DNA of 64,000 nt from Eubacteriales bacterium (GCA_045632285.1 JAZQWJ010000037.1:22251-86250); one strand, 5' to 3'; shown: positions 28,038-37,102, numbered from the stretch's first letter. A program made the numbers and translations. Notes: generated from the letters alone by a model not told the origin.

Positions 28038-30311
28038 ATGGAACTGAACTTTTTGACCAACCAGAAATTGGACGAGAAGCAGAGCTTGGCCTTGCTGGCC
28101 GAAAGCCACAAGGACGATCCGATCTTGTTTGCGATCATTGGTGAGATCTCAAAGGACGACCAATACCGCACCACTGCGCTGGCGGTGACGGCACGCTGTC
28201 TTTTCACCCTTGATTTTGAAACAGGACAAGCATCCAAACGGATCGCCTTTTCCGACATGGCCGATATTTTTACAAAAAGAATGTACGGCAACGGCCTCTT
28301 GCGTGTCAAAATGCAGGATGGCAACATTTGTGACGTTTTTCGCTTCACCTTTACCGTAGCGGGTCTTTGCGATGCCGCCATTGCCTTTGTGCAGGGCGTA
28401 CGCAAGGGCTCTCCCATTGCCGAGGAGATGGAGTCTATCGAGGGCGCTTATGAAAAGCTACTTTCGGTCTGCCCCAAGTGCGGACGCACCCTTTCCTCGC
28501 CCGGTGCACCCTGTATTGGCTGTATGAACAAGGGTAAGCTGTTTAAAAAGCTGGGCGCTTATCTCAAGACCGAAAAGACCATTTTGATCATATCGGTGCT
28601 TGTTTCGATCATCACAACGGCGCTGGCTCTGGTGCCACCGTTCCTAACGCAAACGCTGGTGGATGATATTTTGCCCAACAAGCAGCGAACGATGCTTCTG
28701 ATCGTTTCACTTTCGCTAATCGGCGTGCACGTGATCCGCTGGGCCCTGGCCGGCATCCGCGGCTATATGCTGCGTATCTCGGGCAACCGCATCGTGGCCA
28801 ATATCCGCCGCGACGTGTATGAAAAAGCACAGCATCTTCCTATGCGCTTTTACGATAAGACCTCTACGGGTGCCGTGATCAACCGCATCAGCGGTGACAC
28901 CGCCACCCTACAGGCCTTTATGCTCCGCGTGACGCAAGAAGTGGTGGTGCAGGCCTTTAAGCTGGTAGGCATCATTGTTGTTATGATGTGTATGAACCCC
29001 AAGCTCACGCTCCTGTCACTGATCCCGGTGCCCATCGTCGTCATCGGTTCCCGCATCTTTCGCAAAAAGATCGCACCCTTTTACCGCCGCATCTGGCGGC
29101 GCTCGTCGTCGGTCACTTCGGTGCTGACTGACACGATTCCGGGCATACGTGTGATCAAATCCTTTACCAACGAGAAAAATACCACCGACCGCTTTGCCGC
29201 CAGCGTAGAGGAATGGCGTATGACCGACACCAAGGCCGGAAAGATCTTAAACGCTTATCCCGCCATTGTCAACTGTCTGATCGCCTGCGGCTCTGTGGTC
29301 ATTTGGAGCTTTGGAGGCAATCTGGTCATTGACGCCATTGCAAGTGGCAACGTTGGCAGCCTTTCCATCGGTCTGCTGGTCTCGTTTATCTCCTACGCCT
29401 CGATGTTCTATGAGCCGGTCAACTTCTTTGCCAATTTTTCTGACTCTACCCAAAGCGCCATGGCCTCGGCCGAGCGCATTATGGACATCCTTGATGCCGA
29501 GCCCGAGCACGATTTCGGCAAGGGAAACACCAACGTCAATATGGGCGGCCGCATAGAGTTTAAGCACGTCAATTTCTCCTTTGACCGCACCAAAAAGGTG
29601 CTAAAGGACATCAATCTTGTCATCGAGCCCGGCGACATCGTCGGCATTGTCGGAACAACGGGCTCGGGCAAATCCACGCTGATCAATCTATTACTTCGTT
29701 ATTACGACCATTACAACGGCGAGATCACCATTGACGGCGTGAATATCCGCGATATTGACATGCAATTCTATCGCTCTCGCATCGGATACGTGCAGCAAGA
29801 GCCGATGATGTTCCACGACACCATCTACAACAACATTTCCTACGGTGACGATAGCTTTTCGGTGGATGAGGTCATCAACGCCGCCGATATTGCCAACGCC
29901 CACGAATTTATCGTCCGTCAGCCCGACGGCTATGATTCGATGCTGGGTGAACGCGGCGTCGGCCTTTCGGGCGGCGAGCGTCAGCGCATCTCCATTGCCC
30001 GCGCTATGCTCCGCAACCCCTCTATGCTGGTATTTGACGAGGCAACAGCCTCGGTAGACTCGGAGACCGAGCATCTCATTCAGGACGCCATCGAGCACTT
30101 GATTACCGGGCGCACCACCATTATGATCGCCCACCGCCTTTCTACCCTTTCCAAGGCCAATAAGATCGTGGTGGTAGACAACGGCAGCATCATCGAATGC
30201 GGCACGCCGCAGGAGCTGATGGAGTTGAAGGGCAAATACTATCGCCTGGTCGAGATCCAATCCATGTCGGACAAGGCGGCCGAGATCCGCCGCGCCGAGC
30301 GCTTTGAATAA
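28038..30311 (+). CDS. ABC exporter (fused TMD-NBD, MsbA/type-I fold) with extra N-terminal PH-like domain and zinc ribbon
   Basis: Start set to ATG 28038 (MELNFLTNQ). About 140-aa soluble N-domain, then CPKCGRTLSSPGAPCIGC, then a 6-TM domain. Walker A GTTGSGKST, signature LSGGERQR, Walker B MLVFDEATASVD. Confidence 0.85.
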   Translation: MELNFLTNQKLDEKQSLALLAESHKDDPILFAIIGEISKDDQYRTTALAVTARCLFTLDFETGQASKRIAFSDMADIFTKRMYGNGLLRVKMQDGNICDVFRFTFTVAGLCDAAIAFVQGVRKGSPIAEEMESIEGAYEKLLSVCPKCGRTLSSPGAPCIGCMNKGKLFKKLGAYLKTEKTILIISVLVSIITTALALVPPFLTQTLVDDILPNKQRTMLLIVSLSLIGVHVIRWALAGIRGYMLRISGNRIVANIRRDVYEKAQHLPMRFYDKTSTGAVINRISGDTATLQAFMLRVTQEVVVQAFKLVGIIVVMMCMNPKLTLLSLIPVPIVVIGSRIFRKKIAPFYRRIWRRSSSVTSVLTDTIPGIRVIKSFTNEKNTTDRFAASVEEWRMTDTKAGKILNAYPAIVNCLIACGSVVIWSFGGNLVIDAIASGNVGSLSIGLLVSFISYASMFYEPVNFFANFSDSTQSAMASAERIMDILDAEPEHDFGKGNTNVNMGGRIEFKHVNFSFDRTKKVLKDINLVIEPGDIVGIVGTTGSGKSTLINLLLRYYDHYNGEITIDGVNIRDIDMQFYRSRIGYVQQEPMMFHDTIYNNISYGDDSFSVDEVINAADIANAHEFIVRQPDGYDSMLGERGVGLSGGERQRISIARAMLRNPSMLVFDEATASVDSETEHLIQDAIEHLITGRTTIMIAHRLSTLSKANKIVVVDNGSIIECGTPQELMELKGKYYRLVEIQSMSDKAAEIRRAERFE

Positions 30312-30321
30312 GGGGGTTGCT

Positions 30322-30810
30322 ATGGGACGTATATACATTGACCAATACACCGGCCGCATCAAGCGCAGTGACATTTATTTGGTGACCTTGACGCTAAAAG
30401 ACGGTACCGTTATTGAGAATTTGGAACCAAGGCGCCTTTTTCCCGTAACCAACGCCGATATGTTTATCACGCTTTTGGATCATGATGAAAAGGAAGTCGC
30501 CTTTGTCCGCGACCTTGCAGAACTGGACGAAGGCTCTGCCAACGAGCTGCGCCAATGCTTTAAGGAATACTACCGCATCCCACACATTTTCAAGCTGCTT
30601 GAAAGCGACGAAAAGTTTGGATCTTTGACGTGGAAGGTAGAGACCGACCGCGGCACCGTATCCTTCCGTATCCGCAACCGCCACAGCGACATCAAATGTA
30701 TGAACGGAAAGCGCGTGCTGATCCGTGACACCAACGACAACCGCTATGAGATCCCGGACTATACCGCACTGGATCCGCACAGTCGCAGGCTGCTGTTTTC
30801 TTATCTGTAA
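30322..30810 (+). CDS. DUF1854-like protein (ABC-exporter-associated, function unknown)
   Basis: Start trimmed to ATG 30322 (MGRIYIDQYTG), after GGGGG. 162 aa. The sequence resembles the DUF1854 family as I remember it, which is typically adjacent to ABC ATPase/permease genes. Confidence 0.6.
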   Translation: MGRIYIDQYTGRIKRSDIYLVTLTLKDGTVIENLEPRRLFPVTNADMFITLLDHDEKEVAFVRDLAELDEGSANELRQCFKEYYRIPHIFKLLESDEKFGSLTWKVETDRGTVSFRIRNRHSDIKCMNGKRVLIRDTNDNRYEIPDYTALDPHSRRLLFSYL

Positions 30811-30818
30811 AGCAGCCC

Positions 30819-30858
30819 AAAGGCGTGCAAGCCCCGATGGGCTTGCACGCCTTTTGCT
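30819..30858 (+). terminator. Intrinsic terminator
   Basis: AAAGGCGTGCAAGCCC-CGAT-GGGCTTGCACGCCTTT followed by TGCTTT. Confidence 0.75.
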
Positions 30859-30903
30859 TTGGGACATTATAGCACAAATCCAATCATTTTCTCGGTGAAA
30901 GTC

Positions 30904-30932
30904 TTGCGTTTTGCACAAAAGCGTGCTATACT
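30904..30932 (+). promoter_or_regulatory. SigA-type promoter
   Basis: TTGCGT, 17 nt, then TATACT with a TGc extended -10. GAGGAGG RBS before ATG 30962. Confidence 0.45.
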
Positions 30933-30961
30933 AAGGGAGATCCCACATTGAGGAGGACACT

Positions 30962-33900
30962 ATGAAACGCTTTTTTGCCTTGCTGCTTTCATGCTGCTTG
31001 TTGCTCCCACTGCTTGCCGTTGCACTCCCCGCCTCGGCTGCGGCGGCGCCTGTGTTGCCCGTTACGCTCTCACTTGGCTTCCCCGCCATCAAGGCCGATG
31101 CGGGTGACACGGTGGATCTTTCAATTTACAGCGTGACCGCCGACGACGGCAGCGTAATGCCTGCCTCCTCTATTACTTGGCAGTCAAGCGAGCTTGCGAT
31201 ATCGGATAACAAGGTAGCCCCTGCAAGCAAGGGCGTGTACCGCCTGACCGCCACGGCAAGCGAAAAGACCAAAACCGTCTATCTGCTGGTCAAGGACCTC
31301 ACCGATACCGAATACGTGCTGTTTGACGAGGATTTTGAGGACGTGACCTCTGTCGATCAGCTGCTGGATGCCGGCTATACCGTTGCGTACAAGTCCGATG
31401 CCGCCTCCATTTCGCTCTCCGACGGCAAGCTTGTGCTGTCGGGTCAGTCCCATAATGACTGCTATATCCGTTTACTGCTCCCTGCTTGGCTGGGCGACCT
31501 TGGCGACTATCGCATCGAGGTCAACGCCGCCATGACGGCACGCATTAAGGACACCCATTGGATGGGTATTATGTACCGTGTCCAAAACAGCGACTATCCC
31601 TACTATCAAAACACCTTCCGCGCTATTACCACCGCATATAACGGTACCGAGGTCGCCGAGCGCAATGCCTCCGATGCGTGGAACGTGATACACACCAATT
31701 CCTACACCACCGATATCAACAGCGGCAGCAGCACACCTGCCTATCGCAATTTTGCCGTAGAGGCCTTTGGCGACCGTGTCAATTCGATCATCGACGGCAC
31801 CGTTGTGGCCTCTGATATCCGCATTTCCAAATACGACCGCGGCCGTTTGGGCTTGCAGGTTCGTGCAAGTGAGCTCTCCGTCGAGCGCTACCGTGTGGTC
31901 ATCCCTGCCGAAACCGGGATCATTGAGGTAAACGACCCTCACTCCGACGTAGTCAATGCCCCCTCGATCATCACCGAGATCAACAGCGCATCCGCACTTT
32001 CCGCCCTCGCCGAAGGCGGCGTACTCCCCGCTACCGCTATTTTCCACGTAAACGGTGACGGCAACGTTACCACCCCCACGGGCGATGCCATTTGCTCACT
32101 TGACAACGCAATGGCGCTATTGCAAAATCGCGCGATCCCCGCCTTTTACGTCAGGGATACAAAAGCCGCAGATACGCTTGGCACGTGGTTGAAGGATAAG
32201 GGCCTAAAGGATGCCTTTGTGGTGTCAAATGTCGCAAATTTGATACAACGTGTGCGGAATTTCGCAACGATCTGCCGTGGCGTGCTGGATCTCTCCGGTC
32301 GTGATCTCACAGGCATCAGCGCCGCTTCCCTGCGTGCAGAGGTCAATAACTGCGGGGCTCGTGTGGCCCTGCTCCCCTCCAACTACGCCGCCCGCGATAC
32401 CGTCACCGCTCTGCACGATCTGGCAGTGGCTGTATGGACAAGAGAGGCCGCCGACAGCGATGTTGCCCGCATGAGCGCAGTTCTTTCGGGGGCGAACGGT
32501 GTTGTGACAAGCGATCCTCAGGCTCTGGCCGCCTGCTATACCGCATATTTTATGCCAAGCACGCTGATCGCCTCCCCCGGCATCATCGGTCACCGCGGTT
32601 CCCCCATCCACGCCCAAGAAAACACAGTGGAGGGTGCGCTGCTTGCCATAGAGCTTGGCGCCACCCTGATCGAGGCCGATTTTTATTTGACAAAGGATAA
32701 CTTTGTTGTCACCATGCACGATGCCGACATTTCCAGAACCACCAACGGCTCGGGCAACGTGAGCAGCTTTACCTACGCAGAGCTGTCTGCCTTTCTTGTA
32801 GATGACAACGCCGACGTTGCGCCCAAGCCCATCCCCCTGCTGTCCGATTATTGCGCCGCGCTAAAGGGCAAGGACGTCCGCCTGGTGATCGAGATCAAGG
32901 ACGGCAACACGGCCATCTGCCAAAAGATCGTAGATGTCATCGACAGCTACGGCATGCGAGATCAAGTGGTCATCATCTCGTTTGACACGAAAATCCTGAC
33001 CGAGTGCAAGACAGTTTGTCCCGAGCTTTCCGTGGGCTGGCTCGGCAACCTCTCCATGAGCTATGCTGCGGCTGAAAGCGATCCCGAAAAAGCACTTGCC
33101 GAGATCCTGCCCATCGTGCAGCAATACGAGTCCACCTACAACCCCAAATACAACAGTATCGGCCTCAATCTTGTCAGGGCCGCCAACCACCGCGGCGTGC
33201 TGATCCTGCCTTGGACCATCAACAGCAAAGCCGATTTTGACAAGATGTTCCGCTATGGCACTCATGCCTTTACCACCGACTATCTCAACTGGATATCAAG
33301 CTATATAAAGGACCTGAAGACCGATCAAAAAACCTATATAACCAATACCGTTGGCGGGGATATTCCCTTGTCGCTTCACGCCGAGGCCTATAACGGTGCA
33401 GTGACAGCGCCCGCCCGCGCCACACTGACCGTAGTGGAGCAAAGCGGCACGCTTTCTCTCTCCTATGAAAACGGAAAGCTGACTACAAGCGGCACGGGCA
33501 GTGCCACCTGCCTGCTGTCGGCATCCTTCTTCACCGCATCGGGCAGTATGTACAGCAAATGCACCGAGCTGTTCACCGTTACGGTAGACCCCCATTACGC
33601 ACCGCCCCTTGCCGCAGGCCGCTGGCATCTCGGCAACGGTGCGCCCACCACCCCTGCCGAGGACGATGCGCTGTATCTGGATCTTGACAGCGGCAACGTC
33701 TATGCCTTTGACGGCACGTGGCAGCTGACGGGCTCGCTGAAAAGCGAGGCGCCTACCGTGGAGATCGTGGGCGAGTTTTGGTACATCAATGGTGTCAATA
33801 CGAGCATCAAGGCCAAGGGGGAGGATGGCAAGGACGGTGCCGCAGGCACCATTGATGCCACGCTTTCCATCGGACAAAACGGGAACTGGATGATCGACGG

Positions 33901-34213
33901 AGCCGATACCGGCGTTGCCGCCACCGGTCCCAAAGGCGATACCGGTGCAACAGGCCCACAGGGTCCTGCCGGTAAAGACGGCAAGGACGGTGCCAACGGT
34001 CTACCCGGCAAGAAGGGCGAGAACGGTGCCAACGGTCTGGATGGCATTGACGGAAAGGACGGCGCAGACGGCAAAGATGCCACCGCAGACACCGCCGCAC
34101 TGGAAAGCGCCACAACCACAGCCGCCATCGCCATTGTGATCGCCTGCGTGCTGCTGGTGATCAACATCACGCTGATCATCTTTTGGCTGATCCGCAGAAG
34201 GCGACATTTTTGA
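30962..34213 (+). CDS. Secreted, membrane-anchored multidomain protein with a glycerophosphodiester phosphodiesterase (GDPD) domain and a collagen-like GXY tract
   Basis: Signal peptide MKRFFALLLSCCLLLPLLAVALPASAAAAP. GDPD motifs IIGHRGSPIHAQENT, EADFYLTKDNFVVTMHD. 17 uninterrupted GXY triplets (GPKGDTGATGPQGPAGKDG..., nt 33926-34078). C-terminal TM AIAIVIACVLLVINITLIIFWLI followed by RRRRHF. Confidence 0.8.
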   Translation: MKRFFALLLSCCLLLPLLAVALPASAAAAPVLPVTLSLGFPAIKADAGDTVDLSIYSVTADDGSVMPASSITWQSSELAISDNKVAPASKGVYRLTATASEKTKTVYLLVKDLTDTEYVLFDEDFEDVTSVDQLLDAGYTVAYKSDAASISLSDGKLVLSGQSHNDCYIRLLLPAWLGDLGDYRIEVNAAMTARIKDTHWMGIMYRVQNSDYPYYQNTFRAITTAYNGTEVAERNASDAWNVIHTNSYTTDINSGSSTPAYRNFAVEAFGDRVNSIIDGTVVASDIRISKYDRGRLGLQVRASELSVERYRVVIPAETGIIEVNDPHSDVVNAPSIITEINSASALSALAEGGVLPATAIFHVNGDGNVTTPTGDAICSLDNAMALLQNRAIPAFYVRDTKAADTLGTWLKDKGLKDAFVVSNVANLIQRVRNFATICRGVLDLSGRDLTGISAASLRAEVNNCGARVALLPSNYAARDTVTALHDLAVAVWTREAADSDVARMSAVLSGANGVVTSDPQALAACYTAYFMPSTLIASPGIIGHRGSPIHAQENTVEGALLAIELGATLIEADFYLTKDNFVVTMHDADISRTTNGSGNVSSFTYAELSAFLVDDNADVAPKPIPLLSDYCAALKGKDVRLVIEIKDGNTAICQKIVDVIDSYGMRDQVVIISFDTKILTECKTVCPELSVGWLGNLSMSYAAAESDPEKALAEILPIVQQYESTYNPKYNSIGLNLVRAANHRGVLILPWTINSKADFDKMFRYGTHAFTTDYLNWISSYIKDLKTDQKTYITNTVGGDIPLSLHAEAYNGAVTAPARATLTVVEQSGTLSLSYENGKLTTSGTGSATCLLSASFFTASGSMYSKCTELFTVTVDPHYAPPLAAGRWHLGNGAPTTPAEDDALYLDLDSGNVYAFDGTWQLTGSLKSEAPTVEIVGEFWYINGVNTSIKAKGEDGKDGAAGTIDATLSIGQNGNWMIDGADTGVAATGPKGDTGATGPQGPAGKDGKDGANGLPGKKGENGANGLDGIDGKDGADGKDATADTAALESATTTAAIAIVIACVLLVINITLIIFWLIRRRRHF

Positions 34214-34240
34214 TCTACAAAAAGCTGATAGGCAACTATA

Positions 34241-34274
34241 AAAACAGGCACAAGTAACAACTTGTGCCTGTTTT
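34241..34274. terminator. Bidirectional terminator between convergent genes
   Basis: AAAACAGGCACAAGT-AACA-ACTTGTGCCTGTTTT. Confidence 0.75.
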
Positions 34275-34291
34275 CTCATACCAATATAGGG

Positions 34292-35149
34292 TTAATTGCC
34301 TTTTGCGGCAAGATAAGCACGGTGCATGGCCAGCGCGTCCTCACTTTGCGTCCCTGCCGATTCGCTGATAATGCGGGGGCACAGACTGTCTATGACCAAA
34401 GCCTCGGCCAAGGGATCGAAATCAGGGCCGTAAACCGTATCGGCAAGGGTCAGATGGCGCTTTTCGCCCGCATCGGTATATTCGATCTTGGAAAAATGGC
34501 AATGCATATAGCGCGCCTTGTCATCACCAAGGCCGTTTGCCACGGCATCGAAAATGCGGCGGTAGCTATCACGGTTGGGGAAAAGGCCACCCCGTTCGCG
34601 GGCATTCAGATGTCCAAAATCCACAACGGGATAAAGATGCGGATCGATCTTGCAGATCTCAATGACCTCCTCCAGCGTGCCCAACTGATTGACCTTACCC
34701 ATGGTTTCGATACCAAGATGAATGGGGGTATCGCCTACGGCCTCGATGGTTTTAAGCAGTGTATCCTTAGCCAGCTCCACGGCCTCGGCACGGGAGATCT
34801 TAGAGGCACTGCCACAATGGATCACAATGGTGTCTGCGCCAAGTGCCTCGGCAGCCTCCAGAGATCTTTGAATATACTCCACGCTTTTCAAACGCTTTTC
34901 GGGGTCAACGCCCGAAAGCGAGATATAATAAGGGGCGTGCAGCGACATTTCGATGCCGTGCTCTCTTGCTTTTTCACCGATCTTGGTGAGCGTGGGAATT
35001 CCCGCTGTCAAGCCGTTTCCCGCCTCAAATTCATAGGCTCCGAGCCCAAGCCCGGCCACAAAGCCCGGGGCCTGTACCGTGGCCTTGCAGCCCGCATCGT
35101 AAAAGCTTTGGCTGTTGCCACCGGGGCCAAAAATTGCCGTTTTTCTCAT
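34292..35149 (-). CDS. TIM-barrel protein of the xylose isomerase-like / AP endonuclease 2 (endonuclease IV-like) superfamily
   Basis: 285 aa. Pattern HAPYYISL..., TIVIHCGS..., IHLGIETMG..., VDFGHLNA is typical of this fold. The exact activity cannot be determined from sequence alone. Confidence 0.55.
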   Translation of the reverse strand: MRKTAIFGPGGNSQSFYDAGCKATVQAPGFVAGLGLGAYEFEAGNGLTAGIPTLTKIGEKAREHGIEMSLHAPYYISLSGVDPEKRLKSVEYIQRSLEAAEALGADTIVIHCGSASKISRAEAVELAKDTLLKTIEAVGDTPIHLGIETMGKVNQLGTLEEVIEICKIDPHLYPVVDFGHLNARERGGLFPNRDSYRRIFDAVANGLGDDKARYMHCHFSKIEYTDAGEKRHLTLADTVYGPDFDPLAEALVIDSLCPRIISESAGTQSEDALAMHRAYLAAKGN

Positions 35150-35697
35150 ACCGTTTTATGCTCCTTTGTAAGAGGGCTGCCCGCTCTGATATCGGGGGCA
35201 GTCGGGTTCTTTTTGTAATATCGCTTTAGCCGCCCCTTTTCCAAGCGGCGCTTAAAGCGCGTGATCTTATTGGTCTTGTCTACGATGGGGGGTACCAAAA
35301 TGGCGCGAATGCCCGCCATATGCGCACACAGCACGTCAGTAAAGATCTGATCACCGATCAACGCTGTGCTTTGCTTGCTTCCACCAAGGCTTTTCATCAT
35401 TTTCTTTGCATTTTTTGAAAGAGGCTTATGTGCATCATAGCGTACGGGAAGCCCCAGAGATCTGTTGAATAACTCGACCCGTTCGGCGTGATTATTAGAA
35501 AGGAACGCCACCTTGACCCCTGCATTTTTCAGTGACTCAAGCCATGTAACGATGTTTGCATCGGGCTCAGGCTGCTCGTAGGGGGCAAGCGTATTATCGA
35601 TATCGGAAAGCAACACCTTGATGCCCGCTTTCAACAAAAATTCGGGGCTGACGTCCCGATAGGACAAAAATGTATAGTCCGGCTGAAGCAATGCCAC
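35146..35697 (-). CDS. yqeG: YqeG-family HAD-IIIA phosphatase
   Basis: Start set to GTG 35697 (VALLQPDY), after AAGGGGGGAG. HAD motifs LLSDIDNTL, AFLSNN, LIGDQIFTDV. The 79 upstream codons of the ORF are AT-rich promoter DNA. Confidence 0.7.
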   Translation of the reverse strand: MALLQPDYTFLSYRDVSPEFLLKAGIKVLLSDIDNTLAPYEQPEPDANIVTWLESLKNAGVKVAFLSNNHAERVELFNRSLGLPVRYDAHKPLSKNAKKMMKSLGGSKQSTALIGDQIFTDVLCAHMAGIRAILVPPIVDKTNKITRFKRRLEKGRLKRYYKKNPTAPDIRAGSPLTKEHKTV

Positions 35698-35841
35698 GCG
35701 TCTCCCCCCTTTTTTGCTGTATTTTATATGATTATTGTACCATATTTTCAAAAAAAAGACAAGCCTTCGCCATTTAAAAATGTATTTTCTATGATTTTTT
35801 CGTTTCTTGCGAAAAAAACTTAATTTTTTTCGTTTTTTCTC

Positions 35842-35870
35842 TTGACAATATCGTTTGAATGTGGTATTAT
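35842..35870 (+). promoter_or_regulatory. SigA-type promoter of the tRNA cluster
   Basis: TTGACA, 17 nt, then TATTAT with a TGg extended -10, about 28 nt upstream of tRNA-Gly. Confidence 0.55.
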
Positions 35871-35897
35871 AGTAAGGCAGTTTTGAAGTCACCGCAT

Positions 35898-35971
<74 letters not shown>

Positions 35972-35977
35972 TTGTAC

Positions 35978-36054
35978 GCGCCTTTAGCTCAGCTGGATAG
36001 AGCAACTGCCTTCTAAGCAGTAGGTCGGGGGTTCGAGCCCCTCAAGGCGCGCCA
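35978..36054 (+). tRNA. tRNA-Arg (anticodon TCT), CCA encoded
   Basis: GCGCCTT paired with AAGGCGC. D-arm GCTCAGCTGGATAGAGC. Anticodon arm ACTGC-CTTCTAA-GCAGT. T-loop GGTTCGAGCC. Confidence 0.9.
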
Positions 36055-36071
36055 CTGCAAAAACTTTATAT

Positions 36072-36149
36072 GGTGAGTGTAGCTCAGTTGGTTAGAGCGC
36101 CAGGTTGTGGCCCTGGAGGTCGTGGGTTCGACTCCCATCACCCACCCCA
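36072..36149 (+). tRNA. tRNA-His (anticodon GTG) with G-1, CCA encoded
   Basis: G-GTGAGTG..GCTCAGTTGGTTAGAGC..CCAGG-TTGTGGC-CCTGG..GGGTTCGACTCCC..CACCCAC-C-CCA. There is one A.C mismatch (4:69) in the acceptor stem. Confidence 0.85.
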
Positions 36150-36482
36150 ATGCAAAAAGGCACCCAAACGGGTGTCTTTTTTTGCATTGGGAGGCGTGGT
36201 GCGGAGGAGAACCCCGAAAGCTCGCGGGGGATGCACATCCCTGCTTTTCCTTTCTTTGGACGGAGCTTTCTGCTTCGCCTTGGCGAAGCGAATCGACATC
36301 CCATCACCCACCCCAATGCAAAAAGGCACCCAAACGGGTGTCTTTTTTTGCATTGGGAGGCGTGGTGCGGAGGAGAACCCCGAAAGCTCGCGAGGAATGC
36401 ACATCCCTGCTTTTCCTTTCTTTGGACGGAGCTTTCTATTTCGCCACAGGCGAAATGAGACAACATCCCATCACCCACCCCA
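36150..36482 (+). repeat. Two tandem 166/167-bp units, each ending in a copy of the tRNA-His 3' end
   Basis: CCCATCACCCACCCCA occurs at 36134-36149 (in the tRNA), 36300-36315 and 36467-36482. Each unit starts with the hairpin AATGCAAAAAGGCACCC-AAAC-GGGTGTCTTTTTTTGCATT and carries an 82-nt core (36189-36270, 36355-36436). Confidence 0.9.
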
Positions 36483-36537
36483 AAATGAAAAACCACCCCA
36501 AAAGGCTTCTTCTCATAAGGAATTTTGATTTTGTTTT

Positions 36538-36585
36538 GTAGGGGTGTTCAATGAACGCCTGCGGGCGACCGATGGTCGCCCCTAC
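36538..36585. repeat. REP/REPIN-like GTAG-headed palindrome pair
   Basis: GTAGGGGTGTTCA-A-TGAACGCC on the plus strand and GTAGGGGCGACC-ATC-GGTCGCCC on the minus strand, back to back. Confidence 0.5.
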
Positions 36586-36661
36586 GGACAATCAAAATTT
36601 GATACGCAGAAAACAAAGAGGTAACCCCGACAGATCTTCAAAAATCTGTCGGGGTTCGCTG

Positions 36662-36919
36662 TTATTGATGATTATTTTCTTTCCATTTGAACATTTCTTT
36701 GAAATCATCGTAACAAGTCGGACATATCCAATAGTAATTATCTTCTGTTGTATATCCCTCGTGTAGCGTATTGGGATAATCGGAAAATTTCTCCCAACAA
36801 AATTCGCAATGATCGTGATCCCATTCTTTCTTTGGTGCTTTCCATTTGCGAAAATATAATGCTTTGCCTGATAAATAATCTTCTTGACCTCTTAATCTCC
36901 AATCATCTTTATCTATCAT
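36662..36919 (-). CDS. Small Cys/His-rich protein (putative zinc-binding), function unknown
   Basis: Start trimmed to ATG 36919 (MIDKDDWRLRGQ), after AAGGAG. 85 aa. Motifs WDHDHCEFCW and YWICPTCYDDF. AT-rich relative to its surroundings. Confidence 0.6.
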   Translation of the reverse strand: MIDKDDWRLRGQEDYLSGKALYFRKWKAPKKEWDHDHCEFCWEKFSDYPNTLHEGYTTEDNYYWICPTCYDDFKEMFKWKENNHQ

Positions 36920-36958
36920 GAATATATCTCCTTGGGTTTTATCACAAGTTTCGTCTTT

Positions 36959-37033
36959 GTAGGGCGGGGGTTTACTCCCGCCGTTGCCTAAAAAAAGACC
37001 TTTCGTCACGGCGGGAGCAAGCCCCCGCCCTAC
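36959..37033. repeat. REPIN-like doublet: two inverted GTAG-headed palindromes
   Basis: GTAGGGCGGGGG-TTTA-CTCCCGCCG (36959-36983) and, on the minus strand, GTAGGGCGGGGG-CTTG-CTCCCGCCG (37009-37033), separated by 25 nt. Confidence 0.55.
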
Positions 37034-37102
37034 GATGTAACCCCATTATAACACAAATCGGCATAGCAGGCAATATCTCTGCTGAAATTTATTGGTATAT
37101 CT

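Noticed and set aside
33780-34078. The collagen-like tract and W.INGV.T motifs considered as a phage tail-fibre or prophage remnant.
   Set aside because: They are in frame within a single long gene that has a signal peptide, a GDPD domain and a TM anchor. No phage structural or lysis genes lie nearby.
36150-36482. Tandem repeats considered as a CRISPR array.
   Set aside because: The units are 166-167 bp with no short repeat/unique spacer alternation. Each unit contains a tRNA 3' end and terminator hairpins. No cas genes lie in the window.
36070-36541. Several 88-152-aa ORFs in three frames and on both strands across the tRNA-His repeat region (also 37150..37398 and 37152..37355).
   Set aside because: They run through tRNA genes, terminator hairpins and tandem repeats. 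Every frame is open because of repeat composition. No RBS is present, and the products are Pro/Arg/Gly-rich nonsense.
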